Below, in pieces: positions 40,721 through 51,761 of a DNA stretch of 64,000 bases (within the stretch, counting starts at the first letter, position 1; each line of letters starts with the position of its first letter). The position numbers and the translations under genes are program-made. The DNA lies in the sequence record LR756504.1; one strand, 5' to 3'. The notes under the pieces were generated by a model. It was not told the origin of the DNA. It worked only from the letters and a program-made list of their open reading frames with translations, and made no database searches.

Positions 40721-42580
40721 ATGGAATTAAAGAAGATAACAATTACAAAAGATATGATCATATCATTGGTAAATAGTGATGGTGATGCTATGAAAATGTT
40801 TGATAATAATATTAGTACCAATTGGTTTCCTGGTTGGAATGATATATATTATCCAGCATCAATAATTATTGATTTAAAAGGTAGTTTTTCTATAAAAAAA
40901 ATAAGATTATTTGATGGTGAAGCTACACCACAATTAAAAATATTAGCTGGTATAGATGATGTTTTTAATACAAAAGAGCTTCTAAATATAAATTTAGATA
41001 AATATAATCAATGGAGAGAATTTAATGTAGATGTTATTGTAAAATATTTAATAATTCAGCTTCCAAAAACTAAAACATTTTCGGCAAATGAGATAGAGTT
41101 CTATAGTGATAGTGGTGTTTTAAATGATATAATAGAGTCAAAATTTAAATTACAAGATAATGTTAATGGTATTTTTGGTGTTAATTCATTTCACTGGGTT
41201 GATAGTAGTTTATTAGAACCCTTTAAGTATATAAGAGAATATCAGTATTGGGAATGGATGGAAAATACTAAAGGTAAATATACTTTTGAGCCTACTAGGT
41301 CGGGTGCTGGTAATTTTGATACGCATTATCAAAAAATGAAAGATGATGGTTTTGTAGTTGTACCGTGTATTAATCAATCTCCAAAGTGGTTTAATGTTAA
41401 TAATGATGCTTCTTTTAATAAAGATTGGAAACCCATTTTACCTGGTTCGGATTCATTAAGCCCATCATCATATATTGACTTTGCTAAATTTTTATTTCAA
41501 TTAAGTGCTAGATATGGTACTGAAATTGTTAGTGATAGTTTACTTGATATTGATAGTATTCCTTTTTGGACTGGATCACCTAAAAATACCAAAAAAACTG
41601 GTCTAAATTTATTACAATATATAGAAGTTTGGAATGAACCCGATAAAACATGGAAGGGTGCTCAAGCATACTTCTCACCATTTGAATTTGCTGCTATGAT
41701 GTCTGCTTGCTATGATGGACACTGTGGTACATTAGGTCCCAATGTGGGGATTAAAACGGCCAATCCTAATATGAAAGTAGTGATGGGTGGTTTAGCTAGA
41801 TTATCTATTGATTATATTAAAGCAATGGACTTATGGTTTAAAACATATAGAACAGATAAGATATTCGCATCAGATGTAATTAACTTTCATCACTATTCTA
41901 ATTCTATTGATATACAACAATATAATAATACAAATTCTTTTGGTATATCACCAGAAGAAGATGATATTTGTGGAAAAATGATAGAATTAAAAACTTATAT
42001 TAATACTAATTATACAGACAAAGAAATGTGGCTTTCTGAATATGGATATGATACAAATAATTCATCTCAAAGAGTGCCAGATAACACAAATACAATGAAT
42101 AATAAAGAAGTTATTCAAGCATCATGGTTAACAAGAACTATGTTATCATTAATGAAATCTAATATTGATAAATCTTTTTTATACATGATTTATGATGAAA
42201 GTATTAATGATAAAGGATTATATTCTATGTCAGGTGTTGTAAAAGATAAGTCACTAAATTTTGATAAAAAAATAGCTTGGGATTATATCAATAATTTATT
42301 TAAAGCACTTTATAATAGTAAATTAGATACTTATAATGATGATTTAAATGGTAATATAAATTATGTTTTTAAAAATAACGATTCATATAATAGTATCTAC
42401 TTTAATAGAAATAATAATTCTGATATAAAGTATTATATTTCTAATAGTTCTGATATTACAATTGTAAAAGGTAATGAACAACCAGTTAAAATAATTAGTA
42501 ATGATTTAAACAAATATATAAAAATGATAAATTTTAATATAGATGAAATACCATTAATTATAACATCTTATAAAAAATAA
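40721..42580 (+). CDS. Discoidin (F5/8 type C) domain fused to a clan GH-A glycoside hydrolase
   Basis: MFDNNISTNW..IIIDL..IRL..EIEFY discoidin; VWNEPD acid/base and WLSEYG nucleophile motifs; AATATATA at 40709-40716, start ATG 40721. Confidence 0.75.
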   Translation: MELKKITITKDMIISLVNSDGDAMKMFDNNISTNWFPGWNDIYYPASIIIDLKGSFSIKKIRLFDGEATPQLKILAGIDDVFNTKELLNINLDKYNQWREFNVDVIVKYLIIQLPKTKTFSANEIEFYSDSGVLNDIIESKFKLQDNVNGIFGVNSFHWVDSSLLEPFKYIREYQYWEWMENTKGKYTFEPTRSGAGNFDTHYQKMKDDGFVVVPCINQSPKWFNVNNDASFNKDWKPILPGSDSLSPSSYIDFAKFLFQLSARYGTEIVSDSLLDIDSIPFWTGSPKNTKKTGLNLLQYIEVWNEPDKTWKGAQAYFSPFEFAAMMSACYDGHCGTLGPNVGIKTANPNMKVVMGGLARLSIDYIKAMDLWFKTYRTDKIFASDVINFHHYSNSIDIQQYNNTNSFGISPEEDDICGKMIELKTYINTNYTDKEMWLSEYGYDTNNSSQRVPDNTNTMNNKEVIQASWLTRTMLSLMKSNIDKSFLYMIYDESINDKGLYSMSGVVKDKSLNFDKKIAWDYINNLFKALYNSKLDTYNDDLNGNINYVFKNNDSYNSIYFNRNNNSDIKYYISNSSDITIVKGNEQPVKIISNDLNKYIKMINFNIDEIPLIITSYKK

Positions 42581-42587
42581 AAACAAA

Positions 42588-42974
42588 ATGAAGTATTTAA
42601 AATTATACGAAGATTTTTCAGATGAATGGGATGATGAACCAGAAGAAGATGATACTGATGTAGAAACATGTTTTAACTATAATGATGATGAAAAGACTCT
42701 TGGTGTAGATATAAAAAGTCTAAAAGCTTATTTCGAAGAAAAGGGTATTAATATCGTATATTCTATTTTTGATATGACAGATTATGATTATGGTATTCAT
42801 TGTGAGTATGAACTTAAAATATCCATAGAATTTAATAATATAGTAAACTATCTCCCACAAAAACAATCATTAATAGATGACTTTCGAAGATTGCCTTTTG
42901 TAGAAATCACTGATGGGAATAAGTACTTCTTTATTGTTAAATTTAAAGAAGGTATATTCGTTGAGGAAAATTAA
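42588..42974 (+). CDS. Hypothetical protein with MKYLKLYEDF tag
   Basis: ORF track; co-directional behind the hydrolase. Confidence 0.6.
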   Translation: MKYLKLYEDFSDEWDDEPEEDDTDVETCFNYNDDEKTLGVDIKSLKAYFEEKGINIVYSIFDMTDYDYGIHCEYELKISIEFNNIVNYLPQKQSLIDDFRRLPFVEITDGNKYFFIVKFKEGIFVEEN

Positions 42975-44118
42975 AATATAAAATATGAAACATTTAGTAA
43001 AAATCATATATTATATGATATGGATTTTGAAACTAAAAGTAATTCCAATTCTGATAGACTCGAAAAGGAGAGAAAAATAAAAGAAGAATTTAATACATTA
43101 TTAAAAGAAAATAAGTTAACTTATATTGATGAATTTATTTATGGTTTTGATAATGAACAATATTCTACTACAACTTACTATTTTAAAAATAATGATGTAG
43201 ATACTATATTCAAACACATATTATATCACAAAAAAAATAAAGTGATAATTAATTATACAACACTATATGTAATATGGTATTATAATGAAGATTTAGCCTT
43301 ACGTTTAAAGACTTTAATGTATAAAATCATAAATCGTAGAAAAATTTGTGATGAATTATCTGTATAATTTAGTCTATTGAAATAAATCTAACCTCTGTTC
43401 AAAAAACGATTTCTGTTCTAATTCTAAATATTCCAACTTACTCATTCTATTATACCTTTAATTTTATGTTGTCTAATTATATCCTTAAACTCTTCATTTA
43501 AGAATTCATATACTTTTGAAGAAGTTTTATTCCATAGTAAACATCTATCATCTTTAAATATCTGAAATCTGGTATTTACTTTTATTTCTGAATCCTCTCT
43601 AAACAATGGTGAACTTATTATTAAAATAAGATAATCTTTATATCTATACGATATAGCATCCGTATTTTCGGTTCTATAATAAACGAAACCAATAATATTC
43701 ATAAGCTTCTTAACATTACTCATATAAAAGATTCTAATTTTTTACTTCTAATAAAAACTTTTAGTTCATCAAGTGTTAAATATTCTAATTTACTAATATC
43801 TTTTATTTCATATTTAGTAGTATCTTTAACATAATACTCTTTAAGATGGAATAATTTTTTATGAGCTTCGTGAACTTTAGCTATTACAAATTCACGAAAA
43901 ATATATTCAACAGTATATCTTTCTATAGCTGCATGTTGTTTAGTTTTTACTTTACTTACTACTAATCCTAAAGATTCTAATCTCATGTTTAATTATACAC
44001 TAATATAAAAAAAAGTTTGATTTTAAAACATTTAACCATAGTTTCCCATAAATGTATGGGAAAATTTAAAGAGGTATATCATATACATGAAAATAGAATG
44101 TTGGTGTTTCATCAATAA

Positions 44119-44661
44119 TCATGACTTTTTACCTGTACCATGAATAGTAAATTTTTCTTCATGTTCTGTACCAGGTGCAACTATAACATCAAAAGTAATG
44201 TCTTTATTGACTAAGCTTTCTACAGAAGAATTCATCTTTCCAACTTCGGATTCCATGTTTACCATTACTGAACCACCTTCGTTAATTGTTTTAGACTCAT
44301 TTAGATGGTTTAAATCTTCTAATGATAATTTACCTTTAAATATGATTTCTTTAGCACCTTTCTTCTTATCAAATGAGTGTTTTTCTAAACCAATACTTTC
44401 TAAAAAATCTATTATAGGTTCTACTTTCTCTAAAGTAAATCTTGCTGTACCGCTACCATGAAATTCAATACCAAACTTATTGGAAATAATGCTTTTTAAT
44501 TTAAAATTAGGCTTATTGTCAAATGATTGTTCCATAAAAACATCATTACCAAAAATATTAATATGTATCCATATAGGCTCTTGTAAAGTACCCGTTATAT
44601 CTCTTTTCCATTGATTTTTTAAGTTATCAATGAAACCTTCGAATGTTTTCATATTTTTCAT
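44119..44661 (-). CDS. Hypothetical protein with MKNMKTFEGF tag
   Basis: TAATATATA at 44679-44686; start moved to ATG 44661. Confidence 0.6.
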   Translation of the reverse strand: MKNMKTFEGFIDNLKNQWKRDITGTLQEPIWIHINIFGNDVFMEQSFDNKPNFKLKSIISNKFGIEFHGSGTARFTLEKVEPIIDFLESIGLEKHSFDKKKGAKEIIFKGKLSLEDLNHLNESKTINEGGSVMVNMESEVGKMNSSVESLVNKDITFDVIVAPGTEHEEKFTIHGTGKKS

Positions 44662-45143
44662 AGTTATTATCATTTTTCTATATATTAGATATTTTATTGG
44701 CATTTTTAAAACTATTTATTTTCAAAAACATATAAGCATTATTAACCATAATAATTTAAACTATGATAATTACTTTATCTTTCTTTGTCGTTATAACATC
44801 ATTAATAGCAATTGCTATTTATATTACTAAACATCAACAAAAAGCTTTTATATTGAAAATATCCAAATATAAAATTGGAGATACCATTAAATTTGGTGAT
44901 TATAAATATGATGGACATATAGTAAATATAGTCAATATTAAAGAAGGTACATTAAAAAAGTGGTCAGAAACTCATTTTATTGCTATTAGCTCAGATAAAG
45001 AATATTACAGAACATGGGATAATTTTAAAACAAATGTAAGTTATGAACAGAGAATAACCGAACGCGAAGAAATTAAAATAAAATCAAAATGTTCTGAATA
45101 TATGTCTAAAAACAATAAATATATTAATTAAATTTAGAAATAT

Positions 45144-45413
45144 ATGATTATAGATAATTGGAAAACTGGTGATAAATTTATTGCAAAAATACGTGATGTG
45201 GAAGTAGAAGGTAAAATTTATATTACTGGTGCTCATATATTTCTATGTCAAAATACTTTTCGTGGTATGCCTTCTCCCGATAAATTAGGATATGATGGAT
45301 CGTGGATTATTCATATATCAGATGTTAAATATGATAAAGTACCATATTTAACTAACTTAAAAGTATTCAATACTTTGAATAGAAAAGAAAGAATACAAAA
45401 TTTATCTTTATAA
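45144..45413 (+). CDS. Paralog family A, dispersed copy 5
   Basis: VEGKI...FLCQN...LGYDGSWI...RKERIQNL. Confidence 0.65.
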   Translation: MIIDNWKTGDKFIAKIRDVEVEGKIYITGAHIFLCQNTFRGMPSPDKLGYDGSWIIHISDVKYDKVPYLTNLKVFNTLNRKERIQNLSL

Positions 45414-45482
45414 TTTAAAACATTTTGAAAGTCTTGGGTATAATACACGAGATAACTTCAAAAAAACTAAAGATAACTTCAA

Positions 45483-46358
45483 ATGAATAAACTACCTAAC
45501 GACACGTTAGCTATTATAGCTGATGTTTTTTCCCTGTACAATGTTACAGATGAATCATTCCGATATAAATTGAATGATAAAAATCCAAATAGATTTAGCC
45601 TTAATGATTGGAATTATTTAACAGATATTCTACTATCAAAATTGTCAACAAATTATCCCGAAGAAAACCCTGCCTATATAGAAAGTATATCTAAAACTAT
45701 CATTATACCAGTAGGGAATCTATCAGTTAAAGAAGCTAGAAAGAAAATAAATGAAGCTAGAAAGAAAATAAACGAAGAACACTTAGAAAGACAACACACA
45801 GGATTCTTCGTGGATATTAATCCTGATTATACTAATACATGGTTTGATAATATTATTAAAATAGAATTAAATCAAGTTATACAAACTATATTGATAGATT
45901 ACATAGATAGAAACACAATATATTTTAATCATATAGACTATGGAGTAATATTTAAAACCATAGTAGAGAATAGAAGTATACTATCTCAAATGAGACCAGA
46001 AATTGCAATTACTATTAAAGCTTATATCAATTTCTTATATGGTGCATTATCTAATAGAGAATCTATTATTCGCTGTGATGTCTATACAGGAGACATTATT
46101 GCTAAATTTAATAAGTTCACTCAAACAATATTCGATGATTTTAGACATTATGTTATATACATAGATATCGATACAATATACATGAGAAATTATCATAATG
46201 TTGTAAATGATATAATAAGAGTATTAACTTCTAAATATGATTTTACATATAATGTTGAAGATGGATATAGTGGTATGTTCTTAGCTAAAAAGAAATTTGT
46301 ATTATCTAAAGATGGTGTGGGAGTAAAGGTTAAAGGTATGAAACATTATGAAGGATAA
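45483..46358 (+). CDS. Divergent, truncated family-B DNA polymerase-like protein
   Basis: HIDYGVIF (motif A-like), IKAYINFLYGAL (motif B), VIYIDIDTIY (motif C), FLAKKKF, VKVKG; no exonuclease domain. Confidence 0.55.
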   Translation: MNKLPNDTLAIIADVFSLYNVTDESFRYKLNDKNPNRFSLNDWNYLTDILLSKLSTNYPEENPAYIESISKTIIIPVGNLSVKEARKKINEARKKINEEHLERQHTGFFVDINPDYTNTWFDNIIKIELNQVIQTILIDYIDRNTIYFNHIDYGVIFKTIVENRSILSQMRPEIAITIKAYINFLYGALSNRESIIRCDVYTGDIIAKFNKFTQTIFDDFRHYVIYIDIDTIYMRNYHNVVNDIIRVLTSKYDFTYNVEDGYSGMFLAKKKFVLSKDGVGVKVKGMKHYEG

Positions 46359-46365
46359 TAATTTA

Positions 46366-46393
46366 AAACTTTTTGTAATCGTTTTCATATAAT
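46366..46393 (+). promoter_or_regulatory. Phage promoter class AAACTW-N15/16-TATAAT
   Basis: AAACTT(46366)-N16-TATAAT(46388). Confidence 0.7.
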
Positions 46394-47312
46394 AGTATGA
46401 TAGAATATAAATTTATTATAGTTGGCGGTACGACTGATTGTTTTACAATAGATGTAGAAGATAGTGAAAAATATAATAATAGTATTATATGGAATAAAGC
46501 CATTGAACATGCGAAAAGAAAGAACCTTCGTATTGGTTCTAGGGGAATGGGAATATATTGTTATGGTTGGGAAAAAGATGGTGAATATGAAGATTCTGGA
46601 TTTGAAAAAACAGTTGCCCATTCCTATCAACGAGGAGTAGCATTTAAAATGTTAAAGAATTTAAAAGATCCTATACCATATCTAAAAATGATAGCTGAAG
46701 CAGAAGGTGAGCCTAATAAATTTAATTACTTAATTTTTAATATAATTGGAATGCCTGAATATAAAAAAGTTAAAAGAATTTCCATAATAAATGATATAAT
46801 ATAATGTTGACAAATAAAGAAAAAGAAAAATTCGAACTAATAATTAAAGATAAAACATATCTTAAAAAAATGAATCTTATAAGAAGAATAAAATTCTTTT
46901 TTATTTCTATGTGTTATCGAATATTTAAGAAAAGCTTATAAATAATATGAAACCTAAACCATTTAATAAATCAGATAGCATAAGTAATGAAGAACTTACA
47001 AAATATGCTACTAATTTAGTAATGATGCAACTTAAAGATAGTATATCAGAAGATACTTACAATAAATTCTTTGATAAATTTACTATCGAAGTAAATCTAT
47101 TTTCAGCTACTACAATAACTATTGTAAATAGAAATACAAATGAAGTATCATTTTGTTTTAATAACATAGGATTATTAATAATAGAAATTAAAAAGCTATT
47201 AAGAATAGATATTATAGAAGATTTATTGTAAAAAGTTATGCTAACACACTTTCACACCATGCCTATTACACATAATATAAACAGAATTTAAACAATGTAA
47301 AATGAAATCTAT

Positions 47313-47921
47313 ATGAAGTACATAGCAGCTATTTTAATATTAATTTCAATTAAAGGATTTATCCCTGTGGAAGTATCATGTAGTAAACAGATTCAAACAG
47401 ATACATCTCTTTATAAAATATCCTATGTAAAAAAATGTACTTACATATCTATAACTGATGATATGGTTCTAAATGATAGTGTAAGATTTAATAAATTAAA
47501 ACAAGAATATAATAATATAATAATTCAAAAATTTACACCAAACCAAATTAGAAGTATTAAAGAAATATGTATATCCAACTCGGAATCATTTGATTACGAA
47601 GGTTCTAATTTTGTTGGTTTATGTATAGCAATGAATTATAATAATTCATATATTCTAATAGCTTCTAACGATGATGATCATTTATCTAATTTATTACACG
47701 AATGTTGTCATGCGTTATATTTTGACAATATAGAGTTATTTAATAGTAAATATAAAGATAGATGGGAAAAATTAAATAATCAATTCGTATCCAATTATGC
47801 AAAGTGTTCTATAAAAGAAGATTTTGCCGAAACTGGTGAAACATATCTATGCAAATATAAAATAGTTGGATGCAAAGAGAAGTTAAAATTATTTGAGGAA
47901 TTCTATAATGAAACTAAATGA
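47313..47921 (+). CDS. Secreted/anchored zincin-like metallopeptidase, paralog of 56206..56844
   Basis: Hydrophobic N-terminus; LLHECCHALY (HExxH) and downstream EDFAE third ligand. Confidence 0.7.
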   Translation: MKYIAAILILISIKGFIPVEVSCSKQIQTDTSLYKISYVKKCTYISITDDMVLNDSVRFNKLKQEYNNIIIQKFTPNQIRSIKEICISNSESFDYEGSNFVGLCIAMNYNNSYILIASNDDDHLSNLLHECCHALYFDNIELFNSKYKDRWEKLNNQFVSNYAKCSIKEDFAETGETYLCKYKIVGCKEKLKLFEEFYNETK

Positions 47922-48432
47922 TATGAATAAATTTAAATATTGTATAGAATATCTACAGTCTATATCATATGATGATTTAGTTAATATATCATTTGATTTC
48001 TATGAAGATGATTCTAATTTTAATAACAAAGGCATTCATTTTGCGGTTGATGTAAAAGATATTAGTAGAATCTATACCGATGAAAATAACATATCTATTT
48101 ATATGACTAATAAAGTATTCCCGTTTTTTGATATAACATCTGTTAAAACAGGAAGATTTGTGTATAACACAAATACTAAAAAAGGTATAGAAGCTAAAAT
48201 AGATAATCTATATGCATATATTAATAAGTATAGAAGAGATAAAATTATAAATGATTTGATATGATGATATTTATTTACATATTAGCAGGGATAGGTTTTC
48301 TATCTTTAATATACTTATTCCTATTTATTGTAATGAGTATAGGTGGAGGTGGAGGTGGTGGAAATAGTAGAAGTAATAGAAGATTTGAATATATTAAAGA
48401 TAAGTTCTCAAACTATAACGAAATAGATTAAT

Positions 48433-49223
48433 ATGATAGTATTTTTTGGTTGGTTCGGTTTAATTGCTGTTATGGTTGCTTTATTATATATTGTAATATC
48501 TAAGTGGTGTGAATTATTAGATATAAGTATGAACAATAGAAGAACAAGTTTACCTAGTTATAGAATGTCACCTAAAGAAAAAAAAGAGTGGGAACAGAGA
48601 ATGGAGCAAATTATTAATAATAATTTAATGAACGAAATTAAAGATAAGTTGTCTTCAAAAGATTATAATAAGTTCTTTAGTAGGTTTACTATAAAAACAG
48701 ATGATGTTTTTATTAATATCTATATTGAAGATAATATTACAAAAGAAACATATAATACCATGGATGATTTAGATGTTATATTAAATAAGATTAAAATTAA
48801 ACTAAGAAAAGAAACTATTGAAGAATTATTATGATAGAAGTTTTAGGTTGGCTAGCTTTAATAGCAGTTATGGTTTTTTTATTATATTTTACAATAACTA
48901 AGGGTTGTGAAATATTAGATATAGATATGAATAATGGAAGAACAAGTTTACCATTATCTTCTAAAGAAATGGCGGAATGGGAAAAGGGGTATATATCAAA
49001 CCGTATTAATATAGCGACAGAACAAATTAAAAATAAGATGTCTGTAGAGAATTATAATAAGTTCTCTAATAGATTTACAATAAAAGCAAATATAGCATAT
49101 ACATTCATTGAAGATAATATTACAAAAGATGCTTATTCCCCTACAACTTCTATAGGCTTAGATGAAACATTAAACATCATTAAAATTAAACTAAGGAAAG
49201 AAACTATTGAAGAATTATTATGA
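48433..49223 (+). repeat. Tandem pair of membrane-anchored paralogs (48433..48834, 48831..49223)
   Basis: Near-identical N-terminal TM (GWxxLIAVMV.LLY) and identical C-terminus IKIKLRKETIEELL. Confidence 0.75.
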
Positions 49224-49633
49224 AAAAGAATTACAAAGATATTCTCAATAATCATAAGATTATGAGGGAAAAACAAAATGATACATTTACTGAGTTTTGT
49301 TTAAAACTTAATAAGAATGTAGTAGATTGTAAATCGAGAAGTAATAAAATATCCGATATACTATCAGAGGATGAACATAATACAGAAACAATAAAAGTGT
49401 GTTTAGATATTTTTATTGGGGGTTATTTATTCGAAGATTTTATTCCAAATTATACAAAATGTGGCATAGATAACGAAGTTGGTAAAAGTACCTATAAAAT
49501 AGGTTATTATATATTAGACGATTATATAAATGTTGAATTATATATTGACATATTTAAACGAACAGATATTCATAATTATGATATTATTAATGAAAATGGA
49601 ATAACATCAACATTTGATATAATTAATGAAGAA

Positions 49634-49966
49634 TTAAGATCTATGTGATAAATCGAATATTGCATGTTTAATTCCTCCTTCTACCGCTTCTGTGTAAGAA
49701 GGATATCCACCTTTATGATCATTTTTTGTAATGATACCATTACTCATTGTATCTTTAAAAACATAAAAATAATTTATTTTACCATCGCTATAAGTGGAAA
49801 CTACACTAATAGTTAATCTATATTGATCTGAAATATACGTTAATTGTTCTATTAAAGACATAGTCGATAATTTCTCTTTTAATTGTTCAATTTTAAATTC
49901 GTGAGATTTATCATTATCAAAGAGATTATCAAATGCTTTATTTTCAAATTTTTTAATATGTTTCAT
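49634..49966 (-). CDS. Hypothetical protein with MKHIKKFEN tag
   Basis: ORF track; TATATA motif upstream. Confidence 0.6.
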   Translation of the reverse strand: MKHIKKFENKAFDNLFDNDKSHEFKIEQLKEKLSTMSLIEQLTYISDQYRLTISVVSTYSDGKINYFYVFKDTMSNGIITKNDHKGGYPSYTEAVEGGIKHAIFDLSHRS

Positions 49967-49992
49967 AAAATATATAAATTTTATTATATATA

Positions 49993-50196
49993 TTAACTAT
50001 CTTTTACAGAATTTTCACACCACGTTTTAAAATCATCTACAGCATTAGCAGAACCAATTCCTATCTCTTTATAATAAAGTAGATTGCTCATATTATCAGC
50101 CTTCTTAAATTTGTTAGGTATAGGATTCCATGAATATGGTGAGTTTAATGCTAAAACCTCTTCGTGTGAATCGTTAAATTTTTTCAAATGCTTCAT
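49993..50196 (-). CDS. Hypothetical protein with MKHLKKF tag
   Basis: ORF track; ATTATATATA upstream. Confidence 0.55.
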   Translation of the reverse strand: MKHLKKFNDSHEEVLALNSPYSWNPIPNKFKKADNMSNLLYYKEIGIGSANAVDDFKTWCENSVKDS

Positions 50197-50270
50197 AACT
50201 TATATATAATTTTTTAACTATAAAAATTATATTCATAAAATAACACCTAAATTGTATGTAAAGTTTTTTG

Positions 50271-50342
50271 AGCAGGAGAAATGGACTTGAACCAATATAT
50301 TAATACAGGATTGTATTACATTTTACTTTAAACTATCTCCGC
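50271..50342 (-). pseudogene. Degenerate tRNA / tRNA-like element
   Basis: Minus strand GCGAGA-TAGTTTAAAAGTAAAAT...GGTTCAAGTCC...TCTCCTGC-TCA; imperfect acceptor stem, 6-nt anticodon loop; AAACTA-N15-TACAAT promoter at 50351-50377. Confidence 0.6.
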
Positions 50343-50853
50343 TTGTTTATATTGTATTTAAAAAATAAAATTAGTTTTAATTTAGTTGATTGTTATATTC
50401 TTAAAATATTTTTACTTATCGTTCTAAGGTAGAGCCTCTTTTTTATCTGAAGAATAGATAATCTACTATATAATGAATGGAAACAGTAATACTACCCGTA
50501 AAAGTTGTAGCTAATAACACAATAGTTAATGAGTTTAAAATCTTATATACATCTAATCTATTAATAGCGCACGACTTATACATTCATTTTAATTTCAATG
50601 ATTATCACCAAGTAAAAAAGGATATTTTAAATATTCTAAATTATAACCCAGTTGGCGCATATTTCGGTGATTGTAGTGTGAGCTATCTAATTAAACAAAC
50701 CACCACAAAAGACATACACGAATATAACACATTATCAATTTTAATATTAGAATCAGTAGATGTAAGATTCTATACTGATGAATCATATGAAAAATGGTCA
50801 AGTAAGTATAAAACTTTTAAAAGAAAGAATTTTATAGATAACTTTTAAATTTA

Positions 50854-50885
50854 TTTGTATATTTCATTTTTTATTGCTATATTTG
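50854..50885 (+). promoter_or_regulatory. Bacteroidota sigma-A-type promoter
   Basis: TTTG(50854)-N20-TATATTTG(50878); next ORF likely starts ATG 50891. Confidence 0.75.
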
Positions 50886-51056
50886 TAGGTATGAAAAAAT
50901 TCAATGATTGGATAGAATATCTAAAGGAAAATGTGGAAAATAACGCATTTTTGATACAACCATTGGAATTATACAATTTAGGCATTTATAATGAATCTGA
51001 CTTAGATGATGTAATTACTAAAGAAGATAGCAATATTTTAACTTCATATACGTTTC

Positions 51057-51740
51057 TTAAAAAGAAGCAGATTGATAGCTTTTTAGACTAATAAGAGTAC
51101 CAGGCTTCCATAAATTTTCTTCATCAATTAATCTAACTTCTATCTGTGGATAGATTTTTAAAAATTTTAAAAATTCTTCTTTCCCCAAATATGTATTTAA
51201 AGTTGTTTCATAGCAAAATTCTATAGCTATTAAATATTTACCAACATTTTTTATAGGTTTGTATATTCTCTCTTCGTATTCAATTTCAAGTCCATTCGGA
51301 TCTCTTTCTAAACCAACATTATTTATTGCCAATCTTTTACTATTAGTAATATCTGCTTTATGATAACTATTTTTCTTTGGATTTAAAACATCTCCAATTG
51401 TCTTGGATATAATATTTTTGTTTTTACTTTCTTGATTTTTAGCATAGGCAACTTCATCAAATGGTTTATTTGTATATCCATCATTTTTTAGTTTATCGCT
51501 ATCAAAAACAAGACGAACAGAACGCATACCATCCATAGAATAATACCTGGACCTAGTGAATGATATAGATTTAATTGTTTCACCATTATCATCAAGATAT
51601 CCATATGCAGGAGTATTAAGCTTTAATAAATTAGAAGTAATAACACCTTCCAATTTAGATGTCCAATGATACAATGGTTGTTTACTACCTTTTAAATAAG
51701 ATTCATTTAAATGCTCAGTAAAACTCTTAATGTGCTTCAT
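51057..51740 (-). CDS. ADP-ribosyltransferase-like protein with MKHIKSFTEHLNE tag
   Basis: LYHWT, ISFTR, VRLVFD, EYEE; TAATATATA at 51745-51752. Confidence 0.5.
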   Translation of the reverse strand: MKHIKSFTEHLNESYLKGSKQPLYHWTSKLEGVITSNLLKLNTPAYGYLDDNGETIKSISFTRSRYYSMDGMRSVRLVFDSDKLKNDGYTNKPFDEVAYAKNQESKNKNIISKTIGDVLNPKKNSYHKADITNSKRLAINNVGLERDPNGLEIEYEERIYKPIKNVGKYLIAIEFCYETTLNTYLGKEEFLKFLKIYPQIEVRLIDEENLWKPGTLISLKSYQSASF

Positions 51741-51761
51741 GAACTATATATTAGAATTATT

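Noticed and set aside
44042-44063. Perfect hairpin TTTCCCATA-AATG-TATGGGAAA
   Set aside because: Probably a weak terminator after the 44119 gene, but it lacks a clear U-tract and has no leader ORF or alternative pairing.
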